This document shows positions 33,358-45,653 of a DNA stretch of 64,000 bases, in pieces. The notes under the pieces are model-generated. The model searched no databases. It worked only from the letters and a program-made list of their open reading frames with translations, and was not told where the DNA came from. Location: NCBI GenBank assembly GCA_036867785.1, contig CP145414.1, forward strand, positions 806,001 through 870,000. The letters run 5' to 3'. The stretch's first letter is position 1; each line of letters opens with the position of its first letter. This DNA is from Plasmodiophora brassicae. Taxonomy: Eukaryota. The position numbers were made by a program, and so were the translations under genes.

Positions 33358-34795
33358 TTACGTGACGTAGCATTCCGACGCCAGCGAATCGCCGTTGCCG
33401 TCGTCGTCGTCGTCGTCAAGGTCACCTTTCTCGGTTGGCGATTCGGCCAGAAGGGCCATGTGCTGCAGGCGACGTCGAATCGGGACCGGGACGCTCAACG
33501 TGTCTCGGCTGGACGACGATGTATCCGATTCCATCAGCGCCTGCGTCAGGCGCTGCTTGATGGTCGGCGCCGCCATGCTCTTCGGTTCATTCGGTTTCGC
33601 GACGACATCGACGAGCGGCGACGGTAACTGCCTCATCTGGGCGTCGAGGTCCAGGCCAGCGAGCCACCGGTTCCGGGCCGCAATCGATGGCGCCCGAATC
33701 AACGTTCGCACGGGTGGACATTGCCCGGTGACGTCGTCCATGTTGACGACCTCGAACGTCGTCGACATCGCGTCGCCGTCGCACTCGATCGTCACCAAAC
33801 GGCACAGCGGCACGACGAGGCAGATGGCGCCGTTCGCGAACCCGACCAGCCGACCGGGCGTTAACGCAAGGTGCATCTACGGAAACGATGGGCACCACGA
33901 CCTACCGGACGCGGGCGCTGGCATCACGTACCTGCTTGCCGTTGACCTCGACGCTGTCCTCGTGCATCCAGATCATCTGGGACCACAGCCAGTCAGGGAT
34001 GCGTTGCAGGTCGTGGCGGACGCTGCCCCTGGCCGGGGCGTCGAACGACAGCAGCTCGTTCATCAACGACACGACCTGGTCGCGATGCTCCAGGCAGCAG
34101 CAGATGATGACGACCGGGTCGCTGCGATGCCTGAGCTTCACGTCCAGGATATCCCTGACCGAACGGGTTACTGGCCCAACATGGTGAACGACCAGCACGC
34201 CGGCGCTTACGGCCCCTCGCCGCGTACCGACTCGACCGCATGCAACGGGATCCGAGTCACGCCGCCGAACTGGTCGTCGCCGAACGACAGCGACGCCTGC
34301 ACCCATTGGTATCCCTAACGGCGCGCCGGTCAACGTTGCGAGCGGCGATGGCGATCCCCGTTTACCGCCTACCTGTTGCAGGCCGACGTCGGGCGGGCCC
34401 TGCGACCCACGAAGGTGCACAGTGAAATAGGCGGCTTTCGTGTCCAGGGACAGCGACCGAATCGGGAACGTGAAGTAGAACGGGTCCATGGCCGATGGGG
34501 ACGCGGCCGCTCCCGTTGCGGTCGCATCCGGCGCCGTCGGGAACGTGGCCATGCGCCATTTGAACCCCGATTCGGACAGCTTGAGCCAGACGCAGTCGGC
34601 CTTGAGGAACGTGGAGAAGACGCGCGACCGGTGGGAACGATGCAGGACGGGCAGCGGCGACCGGACCGCCGCGAACTCCACTTCGGGAAGCGTCGCGGCC
34701 GCCGCGCTCTCGTCGTCATCGTCGTCGGCATCGTCGAACGACGGCAACGACATCGGCGTGATCGCCGCCTGGGCGACGCCGCCGTCCGCATCCAT
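33358..34795 (-). CDS. Uncharacterised protein with PH-like domain(s), multi-exon
   Basis: Coding-like ORFs 33902-34861 and 33358-33876. HLALTPGRLVGF...LVVPL..LVTIE...FEVV...TLIRAPSIAARNRWLAGL is PH-like. Confidence 0.55.
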
Positions 34796-34891
34796 CGTCA
34801 GGGGCGAGCACGCTGAGTGCGACGCGAATCGTCGATATGGCCCCCAGGTACACGAAGCCACTGCTGGTACCGCCGATCCAGCCCCCGGCTG

Positions 34892-35541
34892 TCAAGATAT
34901 CTGTGGACCGTCGCAGGAATAGAGCCCGTTGCTTGCTGCGATACGGGCGGCCAGCTTGTGGACCTGGTGGCGAGCGGTGACGCCGGCGCAGGTCGCCACG
35001 ACCAGCAGGGCCAGAGTGCCGGCGACGACCTCGAGGTGCACACGCGACGACGGGCTGGGTTGGGACATCGCCGCCAGCAACAGGCCGAAGCGCGCCAGGA
35101 TGATCGCGACGAGGATCGCCACCTGCACCGTTAGCAACAAGACTGACCAGACCATTCGCCCACGCTGCAACGGCCTTCGATCACCTGGACATCCCACCGT
35201 CATGCGATCGAGGTTGGCACCGTCGCGCTCGTGGTCCTACCTAGCAGACCGATGGGCAGAGCGAGCGAGGCGCCGGCAATGGCGCAGATCAGAAGCGGGC
35301 GAACGGCATGGCCACGGTCACGACCCCTGGCCAAACAGTACGATGAAGTCGCAATGACGGCTAGGGAGGCGATCGCCAGAGCCCAGTCGGACAGTCGGAG
35401 GCACGACTCGCGGCACTGCAAGCGTCGCGTCGTCGTCGACGCGATCGGGACGATGTAGCGTTGGCTGCGTCGCAGAGAGACCTCGTAGGACATCCTGCGC
35501 GACGTGTACGTCCCGAACTCGTACTCGTCGTCCACGATCAT
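34892..35541 (-). CDS. Small four-TM membrane protein, probably 2 exons
   Basis: Two hydrophobic segments in each of ORFs 35200-35547 and 34892-35203. Confidence 0.5.
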
Positions 35542-35636
35542 AGCCACGTCGGCCGTGGCGACCGGTTCGACCGAAACCTGTCCTACCGGAGGCGGCTACG
35601 TAGCCTTTAGCGGTATGGCTGTGTAGTGGGATGCTT

Positions 35637-36563
35637 CTAGAAGACCATTGTGTTCAGCATCAGGCCGAGGTTCTGGACAATGTTGGACGACATCAGGTCG
35701 GCACAGTTCGTTTCGAGATGTCGCTTCGGGTCGATCTTGCCGACGTGCGCAATCGCCAGCTCCTCCTTGCTGAGCGTGTCCTCCTCCTTCAGCCACGCGC
35801 CGTACGCCTTACTCAGGCGGCAGAGCGTCTGTACGGTCTCCTCGTTCTTCTTGCTGTGGTCGTCGAACGGCTCGATTCTCAGCCCGTCCGTCCACTGCTT
35901 CTTGTGCACGTTCAGCAGCATCTGCTGGTCCAGCTCGTTCTTGAAGTACGAGATGTTGATCGAGTAGTAGTGGCGGTTGAGGTTGTGGATCAGGGCCTGG
36001 ATGGACGGTTTGTTCAGGAAGCCCAGGTTCGACGTCGTCTGCCTGGGTTCTTGCCCCATCATCATCAGCTGCGGGTTGATCAGCCGGAACGCGTCAATCA
36101 CGACTTTGCCTCTGACTGACTGGATCGGGTCGACGACGATCGACACGGCGCGTTTGTTCAACTGCTCGAACGATTGCTGCGTGCTGATGTCGACGCCAGA
36201 CAGCCAGCACCCGAACCCTGGGTGCGAGTGGTACCATCCAACGACCATCTCCGGACGTCCGGTCTGTCGCAGCATATCCAGCATATTCGCCTGGAACACG
36301 TGATCGACGGCTTCAACGGAGACGCCCGTACCGGACTGCGGCATGGCGAACACGTCGACAACGCGCACCGTGTAATCGTCAACGAAATCGCCGAGCATCA
36401 GGCCCATCACTTCCAGCGGCACGCCGGCGCGCCCGTGCTTCAGCATCTTCAGCAGCGCCAGCGACGAGATGTACACGATCTCGCTCGTGTCCGCCACGGG
36501 CTGATCCTCGCCGCCACCGCCCATCATGGCCCCGTTCAGCATCTGCTGCAGACGACCGGCCAT
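35637..36563 (-). CDS. RPN11: 26S proteasome lid deubiquitinase Rpn11 (PSMD14), intronless
   Basis: [29 protein letters not shown] and the JAMM motif [17 protein letters not shown]. Confidence 0.97.
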   Translation of the reverse strand: MAGRLQQMLNGAMMGGGGEDQPVADTSEIVYISSLALLKMLKHGRAGVPLEVMGLMLGDFVDDYTVRVVDVFAMPQSGTGVSVEAVDHVFQANMLDMLRQTGRPEMVVGWYHSHPGFGCWLSGVDISTQQSFEQLNKRAVSIVVDPIQSVRGKVVIDAFRLINPQLMMMGQEPRQTTSNLGFLNKPSIQALIHNLNRHYYSINISYFKNELDQQMLLNVHKKQWTDGLRIEPFDDHSKKNEETVQTLCRLSKAYGAWLKEEDTLSKEELAIAHVGKIDPKRHLETNCADLMSSNIVQNLGLMLNTMVF

Positions 36564-36956
36564 CGTGTCCACCCTTCGCCAATCAACAACGCCGCTCTGC
36601 ACTGAACGTTGCTTCAAAAAAAATCGCCCCGCAATCTGTCGTTCACATTTGTACGCCAGTTTTTGGAGAAAGTCGACGTCACTGATCCGCCAGTCGTCCA
36701 GCGAGCTGGATGAACCTGTTGCCCCGCACGAGTTGACCCAAACGTACCGTTCAAGTGTTGATAACGGACAAGTTATCAATGAGCGCACTGGCTCTCCTGC
36801 GTGCAAATCGGCCGGGGGCTCTGATCGGGGACCCTGCGTGTTTGCCGGGATCGTAACGAGGACAAGCTGGGTCAGTCGCACGGCCTGCAGCATGCATGCT
36901 GTGACAGGATGGGGTATGTATGCTATTAGGCGGGCTGAAAGTCTGACTCGGCGTCG

Positions 36957-38270
36957 ATGTCGGATGATGAAGAGGACGTTGACACTGAGGATGCGGAAGA
37001 GAGCGAGGAACAGGACGGTAGCGATGACGACGACGAAGACGACGAGAGCAGTGAGGATGATGATGATGCCGACACCGACGACGATGAGGAAGACAGTGAT
37101 GACGATGACGACGATGGTGACGACGACGACGACGACAGCGACGACGGTGATGACGATGAGGATGAGAGTGAGGAAAGTGATGAAGACGATGACGATGGAA
37201 GCGAGGCGGATGCCAGTGACGATGATGGGAATGAACCATCAGCAAGGGACGCAGCTGTAGACGACGTGACACCTGCCCCAGTTCTCATCTCAGCAATCTC
37301 AGCGGACCTTGACGCGGTAACCACGCGTCTCCGAGATGTCTTCAGAATCGACCGCCAGCATGCAACGACCGAGTCTGTTGCCGATCCGGCTGATGTCCCC
37401 AGAGGTGGAGCATCTTCACTGCAAACGCCGCCGCCGCCCGCGGTTGAACCCTCCACGTCGTCGGACTGGAAGCATGGGCCATCGTCATTCTCAACGCAGT
37501 TCATACGTTCCAGTCGACGGCAGGGATCGGGAGATCGCAGAGCTCCGTTAAACAGCCGGATTCTTCCCATCCTCCCTCAGCCGCTGACAGCGCGAGATCT
37601 CTACCGGTACCAGGTAATGGATCCTTCGACGCGACCAGCGTAACCGCTCAAGCGCTGTACAATGTAGCAGACGCCCCACAGTGATCCTGAACCCGCTGTC
37701 CGGGAAACCGAGTCGGGCAAGCTAATTGGCGCGCATGCCAATGACGATTTTAGGCCACAAGTACGTTCCTTGTAATGGGACAACGAGTCGAGCTCGCCCT
37801 GAAATGTCGTCGCAGGCTCCACCTCCACGTCAGGTTGACGCGTTCCATCAGCCGCCAAGAATCAAACCGATCGAGGTGCCGTCATCCGGTTGCCGTTCGA
37901 CAGGATTTGCTGACAATTTCGCAGGTTGTGTCTCAGTCTCGACACGCGCCTGTCAGGTTGGACGATGATAAAGGATGTCGCATCGAGATTCCAGCGCCCC
38001 CTATCAAGGTCATCGCCCCTCAACCATGTGCTAGGACATGGCTGAACGCCCATTAGGGACCACCTCTCGAAGGCAACGACTCCGACCGCTACAACGACAC
38101 TCGTCTTCCCAGTTTCGTGTCGTGAAGCATAATCACGTGTACTCGCCAGTGCTACAGTATCAGGGTGGTATCGCGCTTTCGCTGCAGATAGATTCCCCAA
38201 CGCTGCGCGCGAAGCGTGCCAGGCACTTGCGCCTTTGTCGCTGTTTCGGTGCAACATCGACTGGTTAGAC
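36957..38270 (+). CDS. Uncharacterised protein with very acidic Asp/Glu N-terminus; 3' exons and end uncertain
   Basis: ATG at 36957 starts a ~95-aa D/E tract. A donor CAG|GTAATG near 37613 and further short intron-like segments follow. Confidence 0.55.
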
Positions 38271-38665
38271 GACATGCTGATCGCTTGATTCTGAAACCGG
38301 ATGCATGAAGAGCGACACGAAGAGCGGGAACGTCGCAGTCATTACAAACGCTGGCGGTGTCACATTGGGGCAGGCGCTCTTTGTGTCGTTTGTTCCCCGG
38401 TCCACCTGGCAGCATCTGTTCAAACCTTAGGCCCTGCTGCTGCTGCGCGGCGCAACATGTAGGTGGCACAGTGGCGCTCAAATTTCTGCGCGACGGTGGG
38501 GGCTCCTGAAAACCCCGCGCGCTCGAATAAGTCAGCGGGCAGCGAGCGGGGCGTATATTGTGTGTTTGCCGGGGCAACCTGTACGTTTAGTCAGGGCGGC
38601 CCGGGGCAGCGCATTGTCGTCGTTTTGACGCCTCGACCCCCGCAGTCACCGACCGGCGTCAGGCG

Positions 38666-39711
38666 ATGGCGGGCGACGGCGAGCGGCCAGAGTCGCAGCA
38701 GTACGCGGGCCTTGGGCGCTACCAGAAAATCGAGAAGGTGATGCCGCCGATGGTGCTGCTCCACGGCGGCACGACGTTAAACCCTGGCCGTTAGATTGGC
38801 GAAGGCACGTATGGTGTTGTTTACAAGGCGCGGGACCGGGTGACAGGGGAGAGTATCGCGCTGAAGAAGATCCGGCTGGACAGCGAGGACGAAGGGATCC
38901 CTTCGACGGCGATCCGAGAGATTTCATTGCTGAAAGAGCTTCAGCACCCGAATGTCGTATCGCTGCGGGACGTTGTCCATCACGACTTCAAGAAATTGTA
39001 CCTCGTGTTCGAGTACCTGGACCAGGATCTGAAGAAGTATATGGACAGCCAGACTGCGCCGCTCGACCTCATGCTGGTCAAATCGTATATGCAGCAGTTA
39101 CTGAAAGGCATCGCGTTCTGCCACTCTCACCGAACACTGCATCGTGATCTGAAGCCGCAGAACCTGCTCATCGACAGGCAAGGGGCGCTGAAACTCGCCG
39201 ATTTCGGCCTGGCGCGTGCGTTTGGCGTCCCCGTGCGCCCGTATACGCACGAAGTCGTCACCTTGTGGTATCGAGCGCCTGAGATCCTGCTGGGCACAAA
39301 GGAATATTCAACGCCTGTCGACATCTGGGCTGCTGGTTGTATCTTCGCCGAATTGGTACACCTGGTCGTCCAATTGGCGTTTGAATATCTGTTGACGACC
39401 ATGCCCGACGACAGGTCACGAAGCAGCCGCTGTTCCCGGGTGACTCCGAAATCGACGAGCTATTCCGCATCTTCCGAGCGTTGGGCACGCCGAACGAGAC
39501 AACTTGGCCGAGAGTGACGTCCATGCCCGACTACAAGTCGACGTTCCCGAAATGGGATCCACGTCCACTGTCAACCTGCGTTCCTGGATTGGACCGCGTC
39601 GGCCTCGACCTTCTGGGCAAGATGCTCCGCTATGAACCTGGCAAGCGCATATCTGCGAAGCAGGCTCTGGAGCACGCCTACTTTGACGACCTGTACGACT
39701 TGCAACGCTGA
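38666..39711 (+). CDS. CDC2: Cyclin-dependent kinase, PSTAIRE type (CDK1/CDC2/CDKA), 3 exons
   Basis: [52 protein letters not shown] and [14 protein letters not shown]. Introns at 38738-38794 and ~39355-39414. Confidence 0.95.
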
Positions 39712-39758
39712 CACGCGTCGCCTTGGCGTTGTTATAAACGATTGTCGTATGACGTTGG

Positions 39759-41589
39759 TCATAGCACTAGGTTCTTATCAGCTTTGTCGGCGATGCTCTG
39801 ATCGATCTTCGTGATCAGGCCGTTCATCTTCTCGGTCAGGTCCTGGTACCAAATGGACTGCGCCTGGCAGTCGGCCGCGTGCTGAACAGGTCTAGTCAGC
39901 TGAGAACCAGGCAATGCATACGAACGCGATGGTCACGTCACCCTTGCGTTATTGTCATGCAGTACCCGAAGCAGGTCGGTGTCGTCTGCAGTCGTCGACG
40001 ATGGCTTGGCCGGGCCAAACGGAGGATACATTTTAGGCCTCGACTGCTCCTCTTTCAGCTGTCGTTCCAGCTGTCTCTTGACAGTTTGGGCCAGCGCGAC
40101 CTCTCCTCGTAGGTTCGCCTCTCTGGCCTGTTCTTCGCGCTGCGCCCGCTCCACTAGACTCCTCTGCAGGTCCAGCTCGATTGTGATCTCCTGGTTATGT
40201 TTCTGCAGCATGTCGGCTCGACCTTTCTCGACCTGGACCGTGCCCTGCAGGTCCCGTATCTGCCTGCGAAGCTCTTCGGCGTCTTCCCCTGACTTTGTCA
40301 GTGCCGCTTGAAGTTGGGACCTTTCCGCCTCGCACCCGGAGTGGTCGAGCGACAGCTGAGAATGTTCCCTCTGCACCCGGTCCAGTCCGACCAGCGCCGC
40401 TTCGTAGGCAGCCTGCGTCTTGTCCCTCTCCAGCAGGTCGCGTTGCAACACGACTTTCAGCTCGGTGATATATGCCCGCTTCCGGTCCAGTTTGGCGTTC
40501 AGGTGCCGGCACCGATCAGCGCAGCGCTTCAGCACGCGACACAGTTGGGAATGACGATCGGACACTGTGCCAGCAGGTCACCATACGTGTACGTGGAAGG
40601 CTACGATGATGATCGAACCTCGATCCAAACGCGACTGAAGGGATGCTACCCGGGTGTCAATGTCACGTTGAAGCTTGACTTGGGCGGATGCCCACTGGTC
40701 GGCCAGCTGATGGCCCACGCCGCGAAGTTCGACAACGAGGCGCTCGTTGGTCGACTGCAAACCAGCAACCTGCGCCTGCAGGACGGCAACCTGGGTCCTG
40801 ACCTGTTCGCGTTCGTGGTCCGCCTGTCGGCGCGCGTCTTCCGCTTCCTGCCATCGATCCTGCAGGGTCTCCTGCATCCGGGTCGCCTCCCGCTCCGCCA
40901 TTGCCTTGTTCTGCTCCAGCAGGCCGATTTGCGTGTCTAACCATGATGCCCATTGTAAGTCAGCACGCACCGCGACGACGGTGGACGGTAACGGACCCGC
41001 CGCTTGCAACGTCAGGTTCGCTTCGGCGACCAGCTGCTCCCGTTCCTTCACCTGGCATCCATGCCAGGTCAGTACTATCTAGACGGCTGCAGCGACGAGG
41101 TACCTTGTCCTGAAGCTGGTTGACCTGGCACTGGAGCAGTTGGGCCTGCATGGCTCGGTCCGCAGCGTCCTTCTTGGCAACGTCGACTTCCTGGCGCAGT
41201 CGGTCGGCGCTGAGCAGGGCGTCGTGGTTCGCCGCTTGCAGGGCCGCTCTCTCGGCCCGAAGCGAATTGACTTGCTCGGTCCTGGAGTGCCGCTTAGGAA
41301 CCCATTGGCCAATGTGACGACGTGTAATGGCCACCTTTCTTTGACAAGCGCCTGTAGTTGGGCTTCCGTCGCTTTCAGGTTGTTGATCATGTTAGACCTA
41401 CAGGGGTCGGTGGGTGCATGGCATTGATGTTAGACGCCTCTTGGACCTCTCGATCAGTTTGTCGCTCAGCGCCCGAATCTCCTCAGCCTGCGCCTGGATC
41501 GACTGCTCCCGCTTGCTCAGGCGCTGTGCTGCTGCCCTGAGCAAGGCATCGCTGGTGGCGACGTCCTCATCATCGCCCGACCCGGACAT
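39759..41589 (-). CDS. Multi-exon coiled-coil protein of unknown function
   Basis: Successive E/Q/R/L-rich heptad ORFs linked by short GT-AG introns. Start MSGSGDDED; stop after KNLVL. Confidence 0.65.
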
Positions 41590-41799
41590 GCCGGAAGGCG
41601 GCCCTATATGTCGGGACCGATACGGTACGACGACGGGATCGCCATTGGCGGTCGCAGCCAGTGCCAGCCAAGCGGACAGGGCAACTGAGCCCAACGGTCG
41701 CCATATCAGCGCTTCCTAAACAATAGTTCGTGTATTCGACACAGGTGTTGCTGTAACATAATTTGGACAGGCGCCAGCAGGTGTGGATGACAGCTATGA

Positions 41800-43252
41800 T
41801 TATCCCGAGTAGACGTATTGGACTCTGGCGTCAGGGCTGACGTCGAACGAGACCGACAGACTCGAGACCAAACCGTCCGGCGATATGGTGGCGTGCCAGC
41901 TAGCGATGGCGAACACCAAACCGGTGTCTTTCCTGGTGATGCGCACTGGGACCACCTGGAACGTCGCTTGCCGCAAGAAGAAGTTCAGGTAGATCGTCGC
42001 CAGATCCGGCCAATTCCAAGGGTCGAACAGCAGCCAGATCAACGGGACCGTCCTCTCCGCCTCGTCGACACGACCTCGGTTCGCCATCAGGTACGCTTGC
42101 AACTCGGCCACCTCGTAACCAAACAGAATATGGGCCGCCTCGTTGACCACCATCGAGGTGATATTGGCGCGCATATCGATCTCGAAATGGATAAACGCCA
42201 GTTTGCTCCCTTCTTCTTGCACCTTGATGTTGACGACGCTACCCTGTAGTCCCGAGTCAGCCCACATTCTCGTCAATAGCACATAAACAGAGGGCCAGGC
42301 ACCGGATCAAGCGAAATGGCGTCGAACCAGAAATCGTCCGTGCACGGCAAGCAGATCTTCTCGCGCATCGCATCAATGATGCCCCGTATTTCCGGCCCCG
42401 TTAGCAGCGGTGCCAGCAGAGCCGATAATCCCCGACTATCGCCCCAAATCAGTGATCCAGGGACGCGCGCGCGCTTGTTGGACGACGCACTCACCTTAGC
42501 ATCGGGTGCTTGACAAAGCATGATTTAATCTCCTCGACCGAATAATTCATCGGCGCGTTCAACAGCACTTGTCGAACGTTATCGGGCACGATCACGCGCC
42601 GGGAACAGGGTGCGGTGGGGTAGATCCTCGCCTCGGTCACCCCGCTCACGCACTGCTCGGCTTTATCCATCCGAACGCATCTCGGGCACGGCCGACCGGC
42701 CGTGCACGCCACCTTGGCCTTGTGGCACGCATCACACGACCGAAACCCGCTTATCCTCGGTTTCTGCGCTTTCGCCCGCGTCGGAACGGCCGGCCGGTCC
42801 ACGCAGGAATCCGCGTTGCCCAACTGGACGCATCGTCGGCAGGGCCGGTTGGAATCGCAGCGAACCTTACGCGCCGCACACGCTGAACACGCCGTATTCA
42901 CCCGTGAAGCGGACTTGCCGACCAGCGGCACCGACATGGCGGCCGACACCGTCGCCTCGTCAGGATTCACGGCGGCGACGGCATTCGACAAGGTCGGCGA
43001 CCCGACGAACATGAGCCGCGGGCGCTTGCAACCGCTCTCCTGGATGCGCCTGGCGATAGGCGATTGGACGTGGGCGAGTGCCGGTTCGGGGCGCGCAACG
43101 GCGGCGATGCCGAAGGAGGGCGGCCCGTGCGGCGCGTTGGCGGTGGCGATCCAGCTGCACGGAGAACTCCGTGGGATGCCGGGCCGTGCCAAAGCCGACC
43201 CGGACGCCACGGAGTTTGCCAACGGGTCCGCCGTATTTTCGGCACGCACCAT
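41800..43252 (-). CDS. Transcription factor with two Zn(II)2Cys6 clusters and a C-terminal PAS-like domain, 3 exons
   Basis: CSACAARKVRCDSNRPCRRCVQLGNADSC and CDACHKAKVACTAGRPCPRCVRMDKAEQC. The last exon has MVVNEAAHILFGYEVAEL, which is PAS-like. Confidence 0.85.
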
Positions 43253-44070
43253 CGTCGAACAAGTCGGAGGGGCGAGCTCGCCGGCTCGCCACTGATGGCA
43301 AAGACAGCGGCGCGGCGCCACGCGCGTGGTGATGAACGCGGGCGAGAAAAGCGTCTGACGACTGGTTCGGGGATCGGCCGGCTCGCGTTTTCAACTCTGG
43401 GGCTGCGCGTCTCAGGGCAAAGGAGCGACAGGATTGCCAACCGCGCTACATGTATTTTGTCGAGTTTGCCGATCCGGCCCCGGCGCCCCTGGGGCTGATG
43501 ACCTACTTACCCTCCGCACAGTACGCTAGGCGATCCCCTACGCGCAGCTGCGCAGTCAGTACCTACCTCGTCAGTCATATAGCCGGTCCGCGTGTAGTTA
43601 ACGCGCAGCGGCCACTGACAGTCACAAATACGATGCGCCTTGAGCGTGGGTGAGAAGCGGTTTCTCGTACGGAAACCGGCACACTCTCCCTCATGTTCTA
43701 GCGCCGCGCTCATCGTCGTGTGTCAACCGAATGATGTGGTCGAATCTCGACTCACCGACACGTTCCACGTAACGTTTTGCCGCTGCGAGCCAATTTTGGC
43801 ACCCTCGGCTTATGTACATAGCTATGACGCTTCGACTCCAACCTGTCCGCCCTACATGCCGAGACGAATAATAATAAATACGATTTCATTTGCCATGACT
43901 GCTCTATATTTCAGCCAGTACGCGAATTTGTCATCCCCGAATCGTCGTACGCCCTCGCAGCAAATGCACATTCTATTAAGACCATCATGAAGCTGGGTTT
44001 ATTAATTTGAAGCAGACAACGGATTGAGCTGCGAGTAAGAAATATACATACGGCAGGTGAAACAGCTGGA

Positions 44071-45170
44071 TCACTTCTTAGCCTTCTTGACAGTTGGTGA
44101 CTTCTTCTCGGATGGCTTCCGCTTCTGCCCTGCGACCTTCTTCGCGGACGTCTTCTTTTTAGGAGTTGACTAGCCAAAGGCAGAATAAGTTAAAAAGTTC
44201 ATGAATGCCTGAAAACGTATGCGAAAATAATCGAACAGCAGTGTGAAACTAATACAATACCTTCTTCGCGCTGGTTTTCTTGGTGGGAGACTTCGCAGAT
44301 TTCTTCGAGGTTGTGGACTACATAATGTGTTATGATGAAGTACATGAAGCAGTAGGGCCTCAACAAACCTTCTTCACGCTGGATTTCTTAGGTGTCGAAG
44401 CCTTAGCAGCTTTAGTTGACTACAGCAAATGATCAGCCCCGAAATAAGAACACATGACAAGTCTGCGGAACAACCTTCTTCGAACTAGACTTCGGCGTAG
44501 AGGCCTTCGCAGCCTTCGTCTGCTAGCTAGTTTATATAGGCCGGGTTCATGCACACTCAGGCACCGTTTTACCTTCTTGACGCTACTCTTCTTTTTCTTT
44601 GGGGTTTCTGTTCCTGCCGTTTTCGCCACGCTCTTCTTCTTCGATTTGGTGACAGACGACTTCTTGCCCTTGGCGCTCGACTGTATACAATACACGTCAG
44701 ATAGAGGAACCGAATCCCAATCGTCGAAACCTACGTCGCCTTCCTTCTTCGCACTTGCCTTCTTCGTTGATGATTTCTTTGCCTTTTCGTTCAGAATTTC
44801 AGAAGCATTACTCTGAAATGCGCAGGACAAACAAACCTTTGTGCCTGTTTTCTTCTTAGATACAGACTTCTTCTTCGTCGCAGCCGACTTCTTGTTCTTA
44901 AATGATTGCTTCAGTTGTACAAAGGCGCCGTCGTCAACACCTTTCTTGAGAGCGTTTGCCACTGATTTGTCAATGGTCTAGCCGAAACGTTAGATGTCAT
45001 GCAACCGAACAATTGTGAAGGCATGAAAACGCGTCACATACGGCCTCGTTGACATCGTAGTGCTCTTTGATGTACTTCTTTATGGCTGCGCGGGAGCTGC
45101 CGCCCCTCTCGTCAAGTTCCTCGATGGCTTTCTTGCACATCTTCCAGTAGACGGGCGCTTTCTTCGACAT
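44071..45170 (-). CDS. Linker histone H1 (winged-helix globular domain and Lys-rich tail), 8 exons
   Basis: YWKMCKKAIEELDERGGSSRAAIKKYI...ALKKGVDDGAFVQLKQSFK, followed by a K/S/T/A tail with TPKK, TPKS and SPTK motifs split by phase-0 introns. Confidence 0.9.
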
Positions 45171-45321
45171 GGTGACGCGTCGTCGCCCCAGGCCCCAAAC
45201 ACACACCCACACACGAGGTTATACAACCGAAGTGATGACTTCCAACTGTTGCGGAGTTGCGCCACCTGACGGGCGGCAGAAGACGAACACCGCGCCCGTG
45301 TTACAGCGTTACGCGTGGCGG

Positions 45322-45353
45322 TTTGGCGGGTTGATCGCGCGCCAAAATTCAAA
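45322..45353. promoter_or_regulatory. Putative E2F sites plus CHR-like element in the divergent H1/DHODH promoter
   Basis: TTTGGCGG at 45322-45329, GCGCCAAA (=TTTGGCGC) at 45339-45346 and TTCAAA (=TTTGAA) at 45348-45353. Confidence 0.45.
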
Positions 45354-45653
45354 TCCCGCAGCACGTCCCAGTGTCCCCCGAATGCCGATCCAACACATCG
45401 TCCGGCGATTACCGCCACTTCCGCAGCACCTCACTGGGTTATTAACTTATCTGCGGCCGGTACTTACCGTCTGAAAATCCAGGTTTTCAGTCATTAACAT
45501 GAGGAGCAGCAAATATAGGAATAACAGTGACGTACACTGCTGCCGACGGTAGAACCCGTCGTCATGTGCGGGTACTGTGGCAAGTAGTATGATGGTGCAC
45601 GTCCGCTGGCCAAAAAGAACGGCGAAACTGGGGTTGATTTTCACAGTGCCCTG

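Noticed and set aside
36751-37570. Ser-rich and His/Arg-rich minus-strand ORFs
   Set aside because: They are antisense shadows of the GAY/GAR-rich acidic tract on the plus strand.
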